From a virus (taxonomy: Duplodnaviria; Heunggongvirae; Uroviricota; Caudoviricetes), in IMG/VR virus record IMGVR_UViG_2851982317_000003: 49,084 bases of DNA; one strand, 5' to 3'. Below the pieces are notes generated by a model. That model was not told where the DNA came from. It worked only from the letters and a program-made list of their open reading frames with translations, and ran no database searches. How positions within the stretch are numbered: position 1 is the first letter of the stretch; each line of letters opens with the position of its first letter. Below, piece after piece: positions 18,469-31,840 of the stretch. Position numbers and translations under genes: made by a program.

Positions 18469-18896
18469 CGTGAGCCCTTTTTTTTGAACTATTATTAAAA
18501 AATGATGTCACTGCGCGATAAATATTCATCTAATCAATGTGATTATTTCAAGATGTAAGTTTTGGTTTCTCGTTTGATTTGTGAAGTAGATCTCTATTTT
18601 TATCTGAACTTTTTTCTATCGAATCCTATTCATGGCTCTTGGCTGAATAAAAATAAATCTATTAGCCAATTTATATTAACGGCTATTATTTATAAGTGCT
18701 CTATAATTTGAAGGTTCAATTTAAACCAGCTAAAAATAACACTGGAAATTATTTGTTGGTTATTTGTTGAGATTTGCTTATGTATTTGTAGTGGTGTTTT
18801 CAATACTCGGTAGCATTCTCGCAAATATCATTTAGTGGTTTACGTACGTAAAAAATTGGTTATGCTGTTAAGAGTGGTTACTTCGTCACACAGCTT

Positions 18897-18921
18897 AAAC
18901 CCGCCGTCGAGCGGGTTTTTC
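18897..18921 (+). terminator. Candidate intrinsic terminator upstream of the holin (CCCGC-CGTCGA-GCGGG + TTTTT)
   Basis: GC hairpin followed by a T-run in the long AT-rich intergenic region. Confidence 0.4.
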
Positions 18922-19057
18922 CATTTTTTGAGTCTCGATATTAGCTGATAACCCAATACCTGAGTTATTCACTGACTCCGAGTCTGTTACGTTTCTGCTT
19001 TTTTGCGATACGTTGTATTCCCTCAATTTACACCCGCTTTGTCTGCGAGGTGGGGTT

Positions 19058-19273
19058 ATGAAATCCATGGATAAGTTAACAACGGGTGTCGCCTATGGCA
19101 CCTCAGCAGGTAGTGCCGGGTACTGGTTTTTACAGCTGCTAGATAAAGTCACGCCCTCACAGTGGGCGGCAATTGGAGTGCTGGGTAGCCTGGTATTTGG
19201 CCTGCTGACGTACCTGACAAACCTTTATTTCAAGATTAAAGAAGACAAGCGTAAGGCTGCACGGGGAGAGTAA
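19058..19273 (+). CDS. essD: Class II holin / pinholin (S21-like) with dual-start MKSM motif; ORF-track start 19013 is upstream
   Basis: 71-aa reading [31 protein letters not shown]...; two TM segments. Confidence 0.9.
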
Positions 19274-19277
19274 TTCA

Positions 19278-19622
19278 ATGACTCAAAACTATGAACTGAT
19301 TGTGAAAGGGATCCGCAATTTTGAGAATAAAGTTACGGTAACTTTAGCGTTACGGGACAAAAAACGCTTTGACGGTGAAATTTTTGACCTAGACATCTCG
19401 CTGGACCGTGTTGAAGGTGCCGCGCTGGAGTTTTATGAGGCAGCAGCCAGAAGGAGCATCAGACAGGTCTTCCTGGATGTTGCTGCCGGGTTATGTGAAG
19501 GGGATGAGCTGTCGCCGGAAAAGCGCCCCATAATTTTAGAGGCGCAGAATGTGTGGATAACCTACAAAGGAAAGCTACCGGGAAGAATTACTGGTTCTCT
19601 GAAGACTCCGCCGAAATGGTAA
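19278..19622 (+). CDS. Hypothetical soluble protein inserted between holin and endolysin
   Basis: 114-aa ORF with GGGGAGAG RBS just after the holin stop; no recognisable motif. Confidence 0.5.
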   Translation: MTQNYELIVKGIRNFENKVTVTLALRDKKRFDGEIFDLDISLDRVEGAALEFYEAAARRSIRQVFLDVAAGLCEGDELSPEKRPIILEAQNVWITYKGKLPGRITGSLKTPPKW

Positions 19623-19860
19623 TTTCACCAGCATATTTTTCTTCCAGTAATACCGCCAGCCACTTGAAAGAATTTTGTTGTTGCTGGGACCATTTGGGGT
19701 TGAGTGATTCAAGCTGGAGCGATGCCAGTGTTGGTTGCATTTGTTCCTTGGGAATTGAGAATGCCAGATATGAAAATGCGACAGTAAGGGCATTTACATC
19801 ATCCCGAAGCCTGGAAATGCAGTCGAGCAACTCCTGTAGAGAAATGGTGCTATTGTCCAT
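19588..19860 (-). CDS. Hypothetical protein, convergent with and overlapping the 3' end of the preceding ORF by about 35 bp
   Basis: 90-aa reading from MDNSTISLQELL... with GAGAGG RBS. Confidence 0.4.
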   Translation of the reverse strand: MDNSTISLQELLDCISRLRDDVNALTVAFSYLAFSIPKEQMQPTLASLQLESLNPKWSQQQQNSFKWLAVLLEEKYAGEITISAESSENQ

Positions 19861-19965
19861 AAACAATCCTCTCTATTGTATTTAACTATTCCTTGCCTGA
19901 TTCAACAGGCCGGGACAGATAAACATATCCAGGGTTCAGAAACCGATAAATCCTGATAAATATCC

Positions 19966-20499
19966 ATGAACGCAAAAATCAGATACGGCCTGTCGGCTGC
20001 CGTTCTGGCACTGATTGCCGTCGGTGCGCCTGCGCCTGATATTCTCGACCAGTTTCTGGATGAAAAAGAAGGTAACCACACAACGGCATACCGCGATGGT
20101 TCCGGCATCTGGACCATCTGTCGGGGTGCCACGGTGGTGGATGGAAAACCCGTTTTTCCCGGTATGAAACTGTCGAAGGAAAAATGCGACCAGGTTAACG
20201 CCATTGAACGGGATAAGGCGCTGGCATGGGTGGAGCGCAATATTAAAGTGCCACTGACCGAACCACAGAAAGCGGGTATCGCGTCATTTTGTCCCTATAA
20301 CATTGGCCCCGGTAAGTGTTTCCCGTCGACGTTTTATAAGCGGCTGAATGCCGGTGATCGTAAAGGTGCATGCGAGGCGATTCGCTGGTGGATAAAAGAT
20401 GGTGGGCGCGATTGCCGCATACGTTCAAATAACTGCTATGGACAGGTTATTCGTCGTGACCAGGAAAGCGCATTAGCCTGTTGGGGGATAGATCAGTGA
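19966..20499 (+). CDS. SAR-endolysin (T4-lysozyme-like GH24 muramidase with N-terminal signal-anchor-release domain)
   Basis: 177-aa ORF; hydrophobic N-terminus ([18 protein letters not shown]) and E-x8-D-x5-T catalytic triad ([16 protein letters not shown]). Confidence 0.9.
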   Translation: MNAKIRYGLSAAVLALIAVGAPAPDILDQFLDEKEGNHTTAYRDGSGIWTICRGATVVDGKPVFPGMKLSKEKCDQVNAIERDKALAWVERNIKVPLTEPQKAGIASFCPYNIGPGKCFPSTFYKRLNAGDRKGACEAIRWWIKDGGRDCRIRSNNCYGQVIRRDQESALACWGIDQ

Positions 20500-20954
20500 G
20501 CAGAGTCGCCGCGATTATTTATGCTCTGGTTATCTGCATCATCGTCTGCCTGTCATGGGCTGTTAATCATTACCGTGATAACGCAATCGCCTACAAAGAG
20601 CAGCGCGATAACAAGGCCAGTGAACTGGAGAAGGCGAACGCCACCATCGCTGACATGCGGAAGCGTCAACGTGATGTAGCAGAACTCGACGCAAGATACA
20701 CAAAGGAGCTTGCTGATGCTAACGCGACTATCGAAAGTCTCCGTGCTGATGTTTCTGCTGGGCGTAAGCGCCTGCAAGTCGCCGCCACCTGTGCAAAGTC
20801 AACGACCGGAGCCAGCGGCATGGGCGATGGAGAAAGCCCAAGACTTACAGCAGATGCTGAACTCAATTATTACCGTCTCCGAAGTGGAATCGACAGGATA
20901 ACCGCGCAGGTTAACTACCTGCAGGAGTACATCAGGACGCAATGTCTGAAATAA
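20496..20954 (+). CDS. Rz: Rz i-spanin (GTG start overlapping the endolysin stop)
   Basis: N-terminal TM segment then coiled-coil-like region; Rz position. Confidence 0.85.
   Translation: MSRVAAIIYALVICIIVCLSWAVNHYRDNAIAYKEQRDNKASELEKANATIADMRKRQRDVAELDARYTKELADANATIESLRADVSAGRKRLQVAATCAKSTTGASGMGDGESPRLTADAELNYYRLRSGIDRITAQVNYLQEYIRTQCLK
20710..20901 (+). CDS. Rz1: Rz1 o-spanin lipoprotein embedded in the +1 frame of Rz (true start probably the internal Met before LLGVSAC)
   Basis: Lipobox (GVSAC) followed by Pro-rich mature region ([16 protein letters not shown]), fully nested in Rz. Confidence 0.75.
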   Translation: MLMLTRLSKVSVLMFLLGVSACKSPPPVQSQRPEPAAWAMEKAQDLQQMLNSIITVSEVESTG

Positions 20955-20985
20955 TTTTTTTGCAAATCACAAAGTCCATTTAATG

Positions 20986-21010
20986 AGCCTCGCGATGCGG
21001 GGCTTTTTTG
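20986..21010 (+). terminator. Intrinsic terminator after the lysis cassette (AGCCTCGC-GAT-GCGGGGCT + TTTTT)
   Basis: GC hairpin with T-run directly downstream of the Rz stop. Confidence 0.6.
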
Positions 21011-21158
21011 CAATAAATGCGTACCGCAACGCATGTTTTTTTTACACCGAACCTGCCCCTTTGGAATGGGCCTTTGAGGATACCAGTTAGTGCTGGCGAG
21101 CCTCGGTGGGCTGGTTTCCTGTGCGGCAAAGGTTCATTTCAAATGGTAGGTAAACGTT

Positions 21159-21680
21159 ATGAATATCGTGCCACTTAATTACAAAGGTGAAATTGTCAGT
21201 TTCAACACTGATGGTTGGATCAACGTCACAGGTGTTGCTGAGAGATTTGGGAAACGCATTGATAACTGGATGCGTTTGGCAGAAACGCTTGAATACGTTC
21301 GTGCTTTAGACGAAGCGTTGACCGGGAAAGAATCTCAAATTTTACATCCCTCACAATCGAGGTATGTAAAAACCAGCAAGGCACGAAAGGACAGGGGTGG
21401 TGGTACGTGGCTACATCCAAAACTTTCAGTTGCATTTGCCCGTTGGTGTGATGCTCGTTTTGCTGTGTGGTGCGACCTGCACATTGATAGTCTGCTTCGC
21501 GGTGAACTGACTGAGCAGCAGAAATATGAGCAAGCATGTCGCATTCGCGATGACCGGAAATCAAAAGCCAGCAATGGGGCAAGAGAGATGGCTCGCTGGC
21601 GATGGGATAAGCCGGTTATTGAAGCAAATGTTGAGTACTGGCGCGAGCAACTGCAGTTGACTCTCGATATCGCGTGCTGA
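21159..21680 (+). CDS. KilA-N domain protein
   Basis: 173-aa ORF with KilA-N-like core (GTWLHPKLSVAFARWCDARFAVWCD). Confidence 0.55.
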   Translation: MNIVPLNYKGEIVSFNTDGWINVTGVAERFGKRIDNWMRLAETLEYVRALDEALTGKESQILHPSQSRYVKTSKARKDRGGGTWLHPKLSVAFARWCDARFAVWCDLHIDSLLRGELTEQQKYEQACRIRDDRKSKASNGAREMARWRWDKPVIEANVEYWREQLQLTLDIAC

Positions 21681-21748
21681 TGGCAAACGCAAAACGTAAC
21701 CGGCTCATTTAAACCGTCTGGTCTGTTTCCTCCGGCTCTACAAAAATA

Positions 21749-22426
21749 ATGTCCATCATTTTTAATGGACACTATCGTATGAAACACCGGACCTGGATCA
21801 CTGAAGCTTTACGTCTTCACTTTGAAGAACATTTACCCCGGGTTGTGGCCGGGCGTCGCCTGGGTGTACCAAAATCAACAGTTTGTAGTATGTTCGTGCG
21901 CTTTCGGAGAGCTGGCCTTTCGTGGCCTTTGCCCGCAGGCATGTCGGAGCAGGAACTTGATGCCTGCCTTTACGGACAATTTTCCACGGTACCAGTCGTA
22001 CGTCCTGAAAGCACCGTTATATCCGAAGCCCCCGTGGTAAAAAAACGTCCCCGGCGGCCCAACTTCCCTTATGAGTTTAAAATCGCCTTAGTGGAGCAGT
22101 CACTGCAGCCCGGAGCCTGTGTGGCGCAGATCGCCCGGGAAAACGGAATCAACGATAACCTGCTCTTCAACTGGCGCCATCAATACCGGAAAGGTGGCCT
22201 GCTGCCTTCCGGAAAAAATATGCCGGCACTGCTTCCCGTGACGTTAACGCCGGAGCCGGATAATAAAATCCCGGCCCCCGCACAGGAACCAGAGCAGATA
22301 AATACACCGTCCGACAGTCTGTGTTGTGAGCTGGTTCTGCCGGCCGGAACTCTCAGGCTTAAAGGTAAACTGACGCCGGCGTTATTACAGACACTTATCC
22401 GCGAAATAAAAGGGAGCAGCCACTGA
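21749..22426 (+). CDS. IS66-family accessory protein TnpA (orfA); start uncertain
   Basis: Contains the PRRPNFPYEFKIALVEQSLQPGACVAQIARENGINDNLLFNWRHQYRKG motif. Confidence 0.7.
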   Translation: MSIIFNGHYRMKHRTWITEALRLHFEEHLPRVVAGRRLGVPKSTVCSMFVRFRRAGLSWPLPAGMSEQELDACLYGQFSTVPVVRPESTVISEAPVVKKRPRRPNFPYEFKIALVEQSLQPGACVAQIARENGINDNLLFNWRHQYRKGGLLPSGKNMPALLPVTLTPEPDNKIPAPAQEPEQINTPSDSLCCELVLPAGTLRLKGKLTPALLQTLIREIKGSSH

Positions 22427-22773
22427 TGATATCTCTCCCTGCAGGTTCGCGTATCTGGCTGGTTGCAGGTATCACCGATATGCGAAATGGCTTTAACGGC
22501 CTGGCATCAAAAGTTCAGAACGTCCTGAAGGATGACCCGTTCTCCGGACACCTGTTCATCTTCCGCGGACGCCGGGGTGACCAGATAAAAGTGTTGTGGG
22601 CTGACAGTGACGGACTGTGCCTCTTCACCAAACGCCTGGAGCGGGGCCGCTTCGTCTGGCCAGTCACCCGTGACGGCAAGGTGCACCTTACTCCGGCTCA
22701 GTTATCCATGCTTCTTGAAGGTATCAACTGGAAGCACCCGAAACGAACGGAACGCGCTGGAATCCGCATATAA
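22426..22773 (+). CDS. IS66-family TnpB (orfB)
   Basis: 115-aa ORF MISLPAGSRIWLVAGITDMRNGFNGLASKV..., start overlapping the orfA stop. Confidence 0.85.
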   Translation: MISLPAGSRIWLVAGITDMRNGFNGLASKVQNVLKDDPFSGHLFIFRGRRGDQIKVLWADSDGLCLFTKRLERGRFVWPVTRDGKVHLTPAQLSMLLEGINWKHPKRTERAGIRI

Positions 22774-22792
22774 CCCGTTGTAAAGTGAGGAT

Positions 22793-24364
22793 ATGGACAC
22801 CTCACTTGCTCATGAGAACGCCCGCCTGCGGGCACTGTTGCAGACGCAACAGGACACCATCCGCCAGATGGCTGAATACAACCGCCTGCTCTCACAGCGG
22901 GTGGCGGCTTATGCTTCCGAAATCAACCGGCTGAAGGCGCTGGTTGCGAAACTGCAACGTATGCAGTTCGGTAAAAGCTCAGAAAAACTTCGTGCAAAAA
23001 CCGAACGGCAGATACAGGAAGCACAGGAGCGAATCAGCGCACTTCAGGAAGAAATGGCGGAAACGCTGGGTGAGCAATATGACCCGGTACTGCCATCCGC
23101 CCTGCGCCAGTCTTCAGCCCGTAAACCGTTACCGGCCTCACTTCCCCGTGAAACCCGGGTTATCCGGCCGGAAGAGGAATGCTGTCCTGCCTGTGGTGGT
23201 GAACTCAGTTCTCTGGGATGTGATGTGTCAGAGCAACTGGAGCTTATCAGCAGCGCCTTTAAGGTTATTGAAACACAACGTCCGAAACAGGCCTGTTGCC
23301 GGTGCGACCATATCGTGCAGGCACCAGTACCTTCAAAACCCATTGCACGCAGTTATGCCGGAGCGGGGCTTCTGGCCCATGTTGTCACCGGGAAATATGC
23401 AGACCATCTGCCGTTATACCGCCAGTCAGAAATATACCGTCGTCAGGGAGTGGAGCTGAGCCGTGCCACACTGGGGCGCTGGACAGGTGCTGTTGCTGAA
23501 CTGCTGGAGCCGCTGTATGACGTCCTGCGCCAGTATGTGCTGATGCCCGGTAAAGTCCATGCTGATGATATCCCCGTCCCGGTCCAGGAGCCGGGCAGCG
23601 GTAAAACCCGGACAGCCCGGCTGTGGGTCTACGTCCGTGATGACCGTAACGCCGGTTCACAGATGCCCCCGGCGGTCTGGTTCGCGTACAGTCCGGACCG
23701 GAAAGGTATCCATCCACAAAATCACCTGGCCGGTTACAGCGGTGTGCTTCAGGCCGATGCTTACGGTGGTTACCGGGCGTTATACGAATCCGGCAGAATA
23801 ACGGAAGCCGCGTGTATGGCTCATGCCCGGAGAAAAATCCACGATGTGCATGCAAGAGCGCCCACCTACATCACCACGGAAGCCCTGCAGCGTATCGGTG
23901 AACTGTATGCCATCGAGGCAGAGGTCCGGGGCTGTTCAGCAGAACAGCGTCTGGCGGCAAGAAAAGCCAGAGCCGCGCCACTGATGCAGTCACTGTATGA
24001 CTGGATACAGCAACAGATGAAAACACTGTCGCGTCACTCAGATACGGCAAAAGCGTTCGCATACCTGCTGAAACAGTGGGATGCACTGAACGTGTACTGC
24101 AGTAATGGCTGGGTGGAAATCGACAACAACATCGCAGAGAACGCCTTACGGGGAGTGGCCGTAGGCCGGAAAAACTGGATGTTCGCGGGTTCCGACAGCG
24201 GTGGTGAACATGCGGCGGTGTTGTACTCGCTGATCGGCACATGCCGTCTGAACAATGTGGAGCCAGAAAAGTGGCTGCGTTACGTCATTGAACATATCCA
24301 GGACTGGCCGGCAAACCGGGTACGCGATCTGTTGCCCTGGAAAGTTGATCTGAGCTCTCAGTAA
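22793..24364 (+). CDS. IS66-family transposase TnpC (leucine zipper, zinc finger, DDE domain)
   Basis: 523-aa ORF with CPACGG...CxxC zinc-finger and DDE region. Confidence 0.9.
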   Translation: MDTSLAHENARLRALLQTQQDTIRQMAEYNRLLSQRVAAYASEINRLKALVAKLQRMQFGKSSEKLRAKTERQIQEAQERISALQEEMAETLGEQYDPVLPSALRQSSARKPLPASLPRETRVIRPEEECCPACGGELSSLGCDVSEQLELISSAFKVIETQRPKQACCRCDHIVQAPVPSKPIARSYAGAGLLAHVVTGKYADHLPLYRQSEIYRRQGVELSRATLGRWTGAVAELLEPLYDVLRQYVLMPGKVHADDIPVPVQEPGSGKTRTARLWVYVRDDRNAGSQMPPAVWFAYSPDRKGIHPQNHLAGYSGVLQADAYGGYRALYESGRITEAACMAHARRKIHDVHARAPTYITTEALQRIGELYAIEAEVRGCSAEQRLAARKARAAPLMQSLYDWIQQQMKTLSRHSDTAKAFAYLLKQWDALNVYCSNGWVEIDNNIAENALRGVAVGRKNWMFAGSDSGGEHAAVLYSLIGTCRLNNVEPEKWLRYVIEHIQDWPANRVRDLLPWKVDLSSQ

Positions 24365-24807
24365 ATATCAATACGGTTCTGACGAGTCGCTTACGACTGA
24401 TGGAAAGACATCCTAATTTCAGCCAAACATTGAAGGAGTTGTTATGTCAGCAGAAGGTTTCAATAACCCATCAAAATTCCGGGATGAGTGGGATAGCAGC
24501 GTAAAGAGTAAGTGATGCCATCACAAAAGCCATTCCCTACAGAGTGGCTTTGATAATGGCTTATACCCTACACGGGATAACTTAACTGATATCCCTTTTA
24601 AAGGATAAAGGTATTCAAGCCTGACACATCATGCGCTGTATCGTCGCCGTATTCCCGTATTAACAGAGACCGTAGCCCGACGGGGAACTCCTTCTGCGCG
24701 AGTGTGCGGGAATAATCAAAAACGATGCACACCGGGGTTACCGGGTACACATATTTCATCATGCCAGCGAGTCCGGTTCTGGCACGGAAGAAACCGGACG
24801 TTATGAT

Positions 24808-25218
24808 TTAGTGCGGAAATATTTGTGTAGTGTTCTGAATGTTCTCAGTAAAGAGTAATGAATTATCAAAGGTATAGTAATACCTTTTGTTTTCGTGGAT
24901 ATTTGTAATCCATCTGAAAACCCCTGCTGTAGCAAGATTTTTCCTGTATTCGTAAAATGATAACTCTCCTGATTTGAATCCTTTTAAGGTGGCTTCTATA
25001 AGGCATTTATTTTTTGAAAATCTTACATTTACAACCTTACCCTGTCCTTTTATTAAAACCGTATTATCGTTTTCAAGAACAAGATGAATATTCTCTGTGG
25101 CTAAATAGTAAATGTAATGTGAGACATTGTGACGTTTTAGTTCAGAATAAAACCAGTGATAGTTTAAATTATTTCGCACTTTATCGAATATTTGTTTAAA
25201 AATGGCAACCTGAGCCAT
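24808..25218 (-). CDS. ybcV: YbcV-like (DUF1398) prophage protein; start at MAQVAIF
   Basis: [58 protein letters not shown]... Confidence 0.8.
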   Translation of the reverse strand: MAQVAIFKQIFDKVRNNLNYHWFYSELKRHNVSHYIYYLATENIHLVLENDNTVLIKGQGKVVNVRFSKNKCLIEATLKGFKSGELSFYEYRKNLATAGVFRWITNIHENKRYYYTFDNSLLFTENIQNTTQIFPH

Positions 25219-25275
25219 TGTAGTACCTTCCATGTGATATGAGGGGGCGTAGTCTGCACGATTATCTAGATTGCT

Positions 25276-25509
25276 TCAATCTGGTCTAACCTGTTTTCTG
25301 AGCAATTCAGTAATGTCACTCTTTTCTTTGTTTGCTTCAGGCGAAACTCTTTTTTCTGAGCACAGTCTCCGGCGGCAGGCTTCAATGACCCAGGCTGAGA
25401 AATTCCCGGACCCTTTTTGAACAAGAGCGATGTTAATTTGTTCAATCATTTGGTTAGGAAAGCGGATGTTGCGGGTTGTTGTTCTGCGGGTTCTGTTCTT
25501 CGTTGACAT
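25276..25509 (-). CDS. ylcI: YlcI-like small protein; real gene is the C-terminal 77 codons of the 25276-25782 track ORF
   Basis: MSTKNRTRRTTTRNIRFPNQMIEQINIALVQKGSGNFSAWVIEACRRRL...; the track ORF runs spuriously across cos. Confidence 0.7.
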   Translation of the reverse strand: MSTKNRTRRTTTRNIRFPNQMIEQINIALVQKGSGNFSAWVIEACRRRLCSEKRVSPEANKEKSDITELLRKQVRPD

Positions 25510-25707
25510 GAGGTTGTCCCGTATTCTGTGTTGCTGATTTGTATTGTCTGAAGTTTTTTTTACGTTAAGTTGATGCAGATCAATTAATACGATACCTGCG
25601 TCATAATTGATTATTTGACGTGGTTTGATGGCGTAGATGCACGTTGTGACATGTAGATGATAATTATTATCATTTTGCGGGTCCTTTCCGGCGATCCGAC
25701 AGGTTAC

Positions 25708-25719
25708 GGGGCGGCGACC
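25708..25719. other. cos: cosN cohesive-end site (GGGCGGCGACCT); cosB extends to about 25897
   Basis: Lambda 12-nt cohesive-end sequence preceded by the lambda right-end sequence (CGGCGATCCGACAGGTTACG) and followed by the lambda left-end sequence up to Nu1. Confidence 0.95.
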
Positions 25720-25897
25720 TCGCGGGTTTTCGCTATTTATGAAAAATTTCCGGTTTAAGGCGTTTCCGTTCTTCTTCGTCATAACTTAATGTTTTTATTT
25801 AAAATACCCTCTGAAAAGAAAGGAAACGACAGGTGCTGAAAGCGAGCTTTTTGGCCTCTGTCGTTTCCTTTCTCTGTTTTTGTCCGTGGAATGAACA

Positions 25898-26417
25898 ATG
25901 GAAGTCAACAAAAAGCAGCTGGCTGACATTTTCGGTGCGAGTATCCGTACCATTCAGAACTGGCAGGAACAGGGAATGCCCGTTCTGCGAGGCGGTGGCA
26001 AGGGTAATGAGGTGCTTTATGACTCTGCCGCCGTCATAAAATGGTATGCCGAAAGGGATGCTGAAATTGAGAACGAAAAGCTGCGCCGGGAGGTTGAAGA
26101 ACTGCGGCAGGCCAGCGAGGCAGATCTCCAGCCAGGAACTATTGAGTACGAACGCCATCGACTTACGCGTGCGCAGGCCGACGCACAGGAACTGAAGAAT
26201 GCCAGAGACTCCGCTGAAGTGGTGGAAACCGCATTCTGTACTTTCGTGTTGTCGCGGATCGCAGGTGAAATTGCCAGTATTCTCGACGGGCTCCCCCTGT
26301 CGGTGCAGCGGCGTTTTCCGGAACTGGAAAACCGACATGTTGATTTCCTGAAACGGGATATTATCAAAGCCATGAACAAAGCAGCCGCGCTGGATGAACT
26401 GATACCGGGGTTGCTGA

Positions 26418-26443
<26 letters not shown>
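25898..26443 (+). CDS. nu1: Terminase small subunit Nu1
   Basis: 181-aa ORF (MEVNKKQLADIFGASIRTIQNWQEQGMPV...). Confidence 0.97.
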
Positions 26444-30124
<3,681 letters not shown>

Positions 30125-30144
<20 letters not shown>

Positions 30145-31443
30145 TCTCCCGCATATTGCCAGCATGGCCTTTAATGAGCCGCTGATGCTTGAACCCGCCT
30201 ATGCGCGGGTTTTCTTTTGTGCGCTTGCAGGCCAGCTTGGGATCAGCCGCCTGACGGATGCGGTGTCCGGCGACAGCCTGACTGCCCAGGAGGCACTCGC
30301 GACGCTGGCATTATCCGGTGATGATGACGGACCACGACAGGCCCGCAGTTATCAGGTCATGAACGGCATCGCCGTGCTGCCGGTGTCCGGCACGCTGGTC
30401 AGCCGGACGCGGGCGCTGCAGCCGTACTCGGGATGACCGGTTACAACGGCATTATCGCCCGTCTGCAACAGGCTGCCAGCGACCCGATGGTGGACGGCAT
30501 TCTGCTCGATATGGACACGCCAGGCGGAATGGTGGCGGGGGCATTTGACTGCGCTGACATCATCGCCCGTGTGCGAGACATAAAACCGGTATGGGCGCTG
30601 GCCAACGACATGAACTGCAGTGCAGGTCAGCTGCTTGCCAGTGCCGCCTCCCGGCGTCTGGTCACGCAGACCGCCCGGACAGGCTCCATCGGCGTCATGA
30701 TGGCTCACAGTAATTACGGTGCTGCCCTGGAGAAACAGGGTGTGGAAATCACGCTGATTTACAGCGGCAGCCATAAGGTGGATGGCAATCCCTACAGCCA
30801 TCTTCCGGATGACGTCCGGGAGACACTGCAGTCCCGGATGGACGCAACCCGCCAGATGTTTGCGCAGAAGGTGTCGGCATATACCGGCCTGTCTGTGCAG
30901 GCTGTGCTGGATACCGAGGCTGCAGTGTACAGCGGTCAGGAGGCCATTGATGCCGGACTGGCTGATGAACTTGTTAACAGCACCGATGCGATCACCGTCA
31001 TGCGTGATGCACTGGATGCGCGTAAATCCCGTCTCTCAGGAGGGCGAATGACCAAAGAGACTCAATCAACAACTGTTTCAGCCACTGCTTCGCAGACTGA
31101 CGTTACTGACGTGGTGCCAGCGACGGAGGGCGAAAACGCCAGCGCGGCGCAGCCGGACGTGAACGCGCAGATCACCGCTGCGGTTGCGGCAGAAAACAGC
31201 CGCATTATGGGGATCCTCAACTGTGAGGAGGCTCACGGACGCGAAGAACAGGCCCGCGTGCTGGCAGAAACCCCCGGTATGACCGTGGAAACGGCCCGCC
31301 GCATTCTGGCAGCTGCACCACAGAGTGCACAGGCGCGCAGTGACACTGCGCTGGATCGTCTGATGCAGGGGGCACCGGCACCGCTGGCTGCAGGTAACCC
31401 GGCATCTGATGCCGTTAACGATTTGCTGAACACACCAGTGTAA
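30125..31443 (+). pseudogene. C: Head protease/scaffold gene C with an apparent 1-bp deletion at about 30431-30436 (GTG start)
   Basis: N-terminal 103 codons end PYSG-stop; the rest (MTGYNGIIARLQQ...) continues in the +2 frame from an overlapping ATG; span is 1319 nt against the recalled 1320. Confidence 0.7.
30838..31443 (+). CDS. nu3: Scaffolding protein Nu3 (in-frame internal start within the C-terminal part of C)
   Basis: ATG at 30838 in the frame of the C-terminal C reading, ending at the C stop. Confidence 0.75.
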   Translation: MDATRQMFAQKVSAYTGLSVQAVLDTEAAVYSGQEAIDAGLADELVNSTDAITVMRDALDARKSRLSGGRMTKETQSTTVSATASQTDVTDVVPATEGENASAAQPDVNAQITAAVAAENSRIMGILNCEEAHGREEQARVLAETPGMTVETARRILAAAPQSAQARSDTALDRLMQGAPAPLAAGNPASDAVNDLLNTPV

Positions 31444-31452
31444 GGGATGTTT

Positions 31453-31785
31453 ATGACGAGCAAAGAAACCTTTACCCATTACCAGCCGCTGGGCAACAGT
31501 GACCCGGCACATACGGCAACCGCGCCCGGCGGATTGAGTGCGAAAGCGCCTGCAATGACCCCGCTGATGCTGGACACCTCCACCCGTAAGCTGGTTGCGT
31601 GGGATGGCACCACCGACGGTACTGCCGTTGGCATTCTGGCGGTTGATGCTGACCAGACCAGCACCACGCTGACGTTCTACAAGTCCGGCACGTTCCGTTA
31701 TGAGGATGTGCTCTGGCCGGAGGCTGCCAGCGACGAGACGAAAAAACGGACCGCGTTTGCCGGAACGGCAATCAGCATCGTTTAA
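31453..31785 (+). CDS. D: Head decoration protein D
   Basis: [41 protein letters not shown]... Confidence 0.95.
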   Translation: MTSKETFTHYQPLGNSDPAHTATAPGGLSAKAPAMTPLMLDTSTRKLVAWDGTTDGTAVGILAVDADQTSTTLTFYKSGTFRYEDVLWPEAASDETKKRTAFAGTAISIV

Positions 31786-31805
31786 CCTTACCCTTCATCA
31801 CTAAA

Positions 31806-31828
31806 GGCCGCCTGTGCGGCTTTTTTTA
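31806..31828 (+). terminator. Intrinsic terminator/attenuator between D and E (GCCGC-CTGT-GCGGC + T7)
   Basis: GC hairpin plus TTTTTTT. Confidence 0.55.
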
Positions 31829-31840
31829 CGGGATTTTTTT

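Larger units (their letters stand above)
21696..24393 (+). mobile_element. IS66-family insertion sequence (ISEc8-like), boundaries approximate
   Basis: Three-ORF IS66 organisation; right terminus ends ...CGCTTAC (GTAAGCG on the other strand); imperfect inverted match at left (GTAACCGGCTC...); no clear target duplication. Confidence 0.6.

Noticed and set aside
23385-24255. Antisense ORFs within the IS66 transposase gene
   Set aside because: They overlap the well-supported tnpC frame on the opposite strand; no evidence for expression.
24420-24500. 23-codon ORF (MSAEGFNNPSKFRDEWDSSVKSK) right of the IS66 element
   Set aside because: Too short and without context to call; probably a remnant of a gene truncated by the IS66-associated rearrangement.
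25510-25782. Upstream extension of the 168-aa minus-strand ORF across the cos site
   Set aside because: It runs through cosN and the lambda end sequences; only the C-terminal 77 codons (YlcI-like, with its own ATG) look like a gene.
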